Positions 61,839-64,000 of a DNA stretch of 64,000 nt are shown piece by piece. This DNA is from Pseudovirgaria hyperparasitica (taxonomy: Eukaryota), in assembly GCA_010093815.1 (NCBI GenBank), contig ML996583.1; one strand, 5' to 3'. A model generated the notes under the pieces. The model had not been told where the DNA came from and did no database searches. It worked only from the letters and a program-made list of their open reading frames with translations. Position 1 is the first letter of the stretch; every line of letters starts with the position of its first letter. The position numbers were made by a program, and so were the translations under genes.

Positions 61839-63098
61839 CTAGTCAGTCTCAATACCATCATCAGAGAAATCCAGGTCCTTAAAGCCTTTTGCGAGACCTC
61901 TCCTTAGCTTCCCACCTGCTTTATGACCGCCGCTATCGTTCTCAGACTCCTCCTGACCCCATCGTTTAGCTCCCTCTTGGACTGCTTCTAGATCGGCTTC
62001 CATCTCACGCCGCTCCATGATTTGGCGTGCTTTTTCAAGGGAATATCGACCGTCCATGCCTGCATCTTTGAGCATACCCTTCAAATGACTGATCTTTGCT
62101 TTTGGCGTCACATATGGTTGAAGCTCCTTCCACCACATTTTTCGAATACCACATTTGACTAGCCACCCTTGTAGTCGTTTGATTTCAGCATCATTGGGAT
62201 CTAAGTCGTCCTTGGCTTTGCTTGCCTTCCTAGCACCCTTCGCTGGCTTTTCTGATCGGGTCGCCTTGGTATGTGCGGTATTTCTACCTTTCTTCTTTGC
62301 CGGTGGTTCATCGAGGACATCTGACAGCTCGCTCTCAGAGTCTACGGCAGCACTCTTCGAGTATGTAGGTGGCGTTTTCTTGGCATTGTTTACAGGCGAA
62401 GGCTCATCAGGGACCTCTGAGAGCTCACTTTCCGAATTTACGGTGGTCTTTTTTGGGTCTTTCGGCCCATTCTTCGTAAGATTCTTCATGAGCTGGGATT
62501 CACCAAGGGCATCGGGCAGCTCGCTTTCGGGGTCAGTAGCATCTGTCTTCGGTTTTGTCTCCTCTAAATGCTCTCCATCGCTGTCATCTCCAGCTTCCGA
62601 TAGCGGACTGGTTTCCTCCTCTTCGTCAGCTTCGGACTCTGATGCGACAACTTTTCTCCTCTTTCGTGGTTCCTGTCTAGTAGCAGGAGAGGCGCGTTTC
62701 ACGCGACTTTTGAGCTTTCCATCGATTGAAGGTTTTGTTTTCGGTTTCTGACTTCTCTTGGACTGTGGTATTGGCCTCACATCGTCCCGTTCTTCGCTGT
62801 CTCCCGCTTGCTGCTCGTCTTGCCTGGTCTGCTCTTCATATTAGCGCAGGTATCTTTGCGGAAGTCGTGGCTGATGACGTACTACTTCTGCTTCTATGAA
62901 CTCCTTGCTTCGATTCTTCCAAAGACCTTCTTTCAGATAGCCAGCCGGAAGACCTAACTGCGATTCAGCGGCAGCTCGCATCCGTTTGACCGTGAGCTCG
63001 TCATGGTTCCCAGCCTTGAATATACTGGTGATTGCACTCTTCAGGGCAGTGCGGATCTGATCATCAGAGACTGATACACGATCCTCAGAGTCGGACAT
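61839..63098 (-). CDS. HIRIP3-like putative histone chaperone / chromatin protein; one intron at ~62829-62882
   Basis: N-terminal DEK-C-like segment (ELTVKRMRAAAESQLGL), acidic/basic linker with repeated SESELS motifs, and C-terminal EIKRLQGWLVKCGIRKMW.KEL...LKGMLKDAGMDGRYSLEKARQI. Confidence 0.75.
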
Positions 63099-64000
63099 CA
63101 GGATTATGAAGGTTATCAGAGAAGGTAGCTACGCGTGGCTGATGCGATGTCTTTACGTGCGGGGCTTACAACATAACGCGAATGTGGGTCGCGGGAAGCG
63201 GCGCGCATCGCGGATAGATTGATGGATCATGAGTGGCAGGATTAGCGCCTGACGTGCCCAACTAATCCTACAAAGAGAACCAAGAATCATAATTAAATTC
63301 AGGAACATGGGGAGGAACTCTATTAATGTCCGGTACTTAATGATCAGTTTGGTTTACAAAGCCATCCCTCGAGAATTTGATTTGTTACTCTCTCTGCTGA
63401 CGCAAATGCGATGGTGGTTCAGCCCGACCCAATTTGGATCCATTGGACTAGGTGCTGGAGCTGGCTACGTCATGGCACCTTTCCAAACTTCCAATGCCTC
63501 TTAGGGCTGGCTACAGCTTGGAAACCATGAAACATGGTTATTATGAGGGACCTAGCCAAATTTTCCCCTTGCCACGAAGCGGACAATTTGTCTCATCTGT
63601 TTGATCGCGGAGCGTTGTCGTGCCAATTAGCCTTGATGCAAGGTCACTGGCCGACAGTAATAATGAGGTGTGGTCACTGATGGAAGATGGAATGATCGTC
63701 CGCACGCAACGGCTGTCTAGCCCAGGTTTTAGGCTGTCCGCAGGCTTAGACAACAGCTGTGCCACCCCCGGCCGGGCCCTGTAACAACGCATGCCCTGGC
63801 TTGGTTGCTATTTTCCCTGCTCTGCGTTTCAAATAGCTCCAAGGAAAGTTCAAGAACCAAGGCCTGTTGCGCTGGCCTCTTGCCATCCCTGCCAAACTTG
63901 GACGCATTCCTGTTGTCATCACCAGCTCAACTATCTGTCCTTCGGACCACTACTAACCTCTTCACCTCTCTGTCTTTACACACTTTCTAACAACTCGTCC

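Noticed and set aside
63307..64000. Short ORFs at the right edge of the window
   Set aside because: There are no recognisable motifs, and the minus-strand frames entering from the edge stop within a few codons.

Overview
This is eukaryotic DNA from a filamentous ascomycete (Pezizomycotina; Dothideomycete-like is only a guess). Introns are short GT-AG with CTRAC/CTAAT branch points. About 23 protein-coding genes can be supported, mostly housekeeping: mitochondrial-type SHMT, an F-box-like protein, a Pac2-type WOPR regulator, a small soluble cytochrome b5-like protein, a FUSC/ALMT-like membrane protein, a CYSTM protein, TyrRS, UBP14, HEM4, ERV1, a Fus3/Kss1-type MAPK, a 56-aa Cys/His microprotein, SUA5, RAD21, PMR1, MAK3, LRO1, AP-1 beta-adaptin, a HIRIP3-like protein and several hypothetical proteins. 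I recognised no tRNA, rRNA, transposase or CRISPR-Cas genes. The least explained element is a ~1 kb intergenic composite repeat array (21485-22510). In it a ~25-bp motif recurs ten times, alternating constant 84-85 bp modules with variable-length spacers that carry exact micro-inversions. Other points of interest are a 578-nt structured intron with (GAA)36 in the cytochrome b5 gene, a GC-AG intron in SHMT, a probably spliced MAPK leader with a uORF, and recurrent C-rich-to-G-rich skew flips. All exon boundaries were read by eye and no database searches were run.
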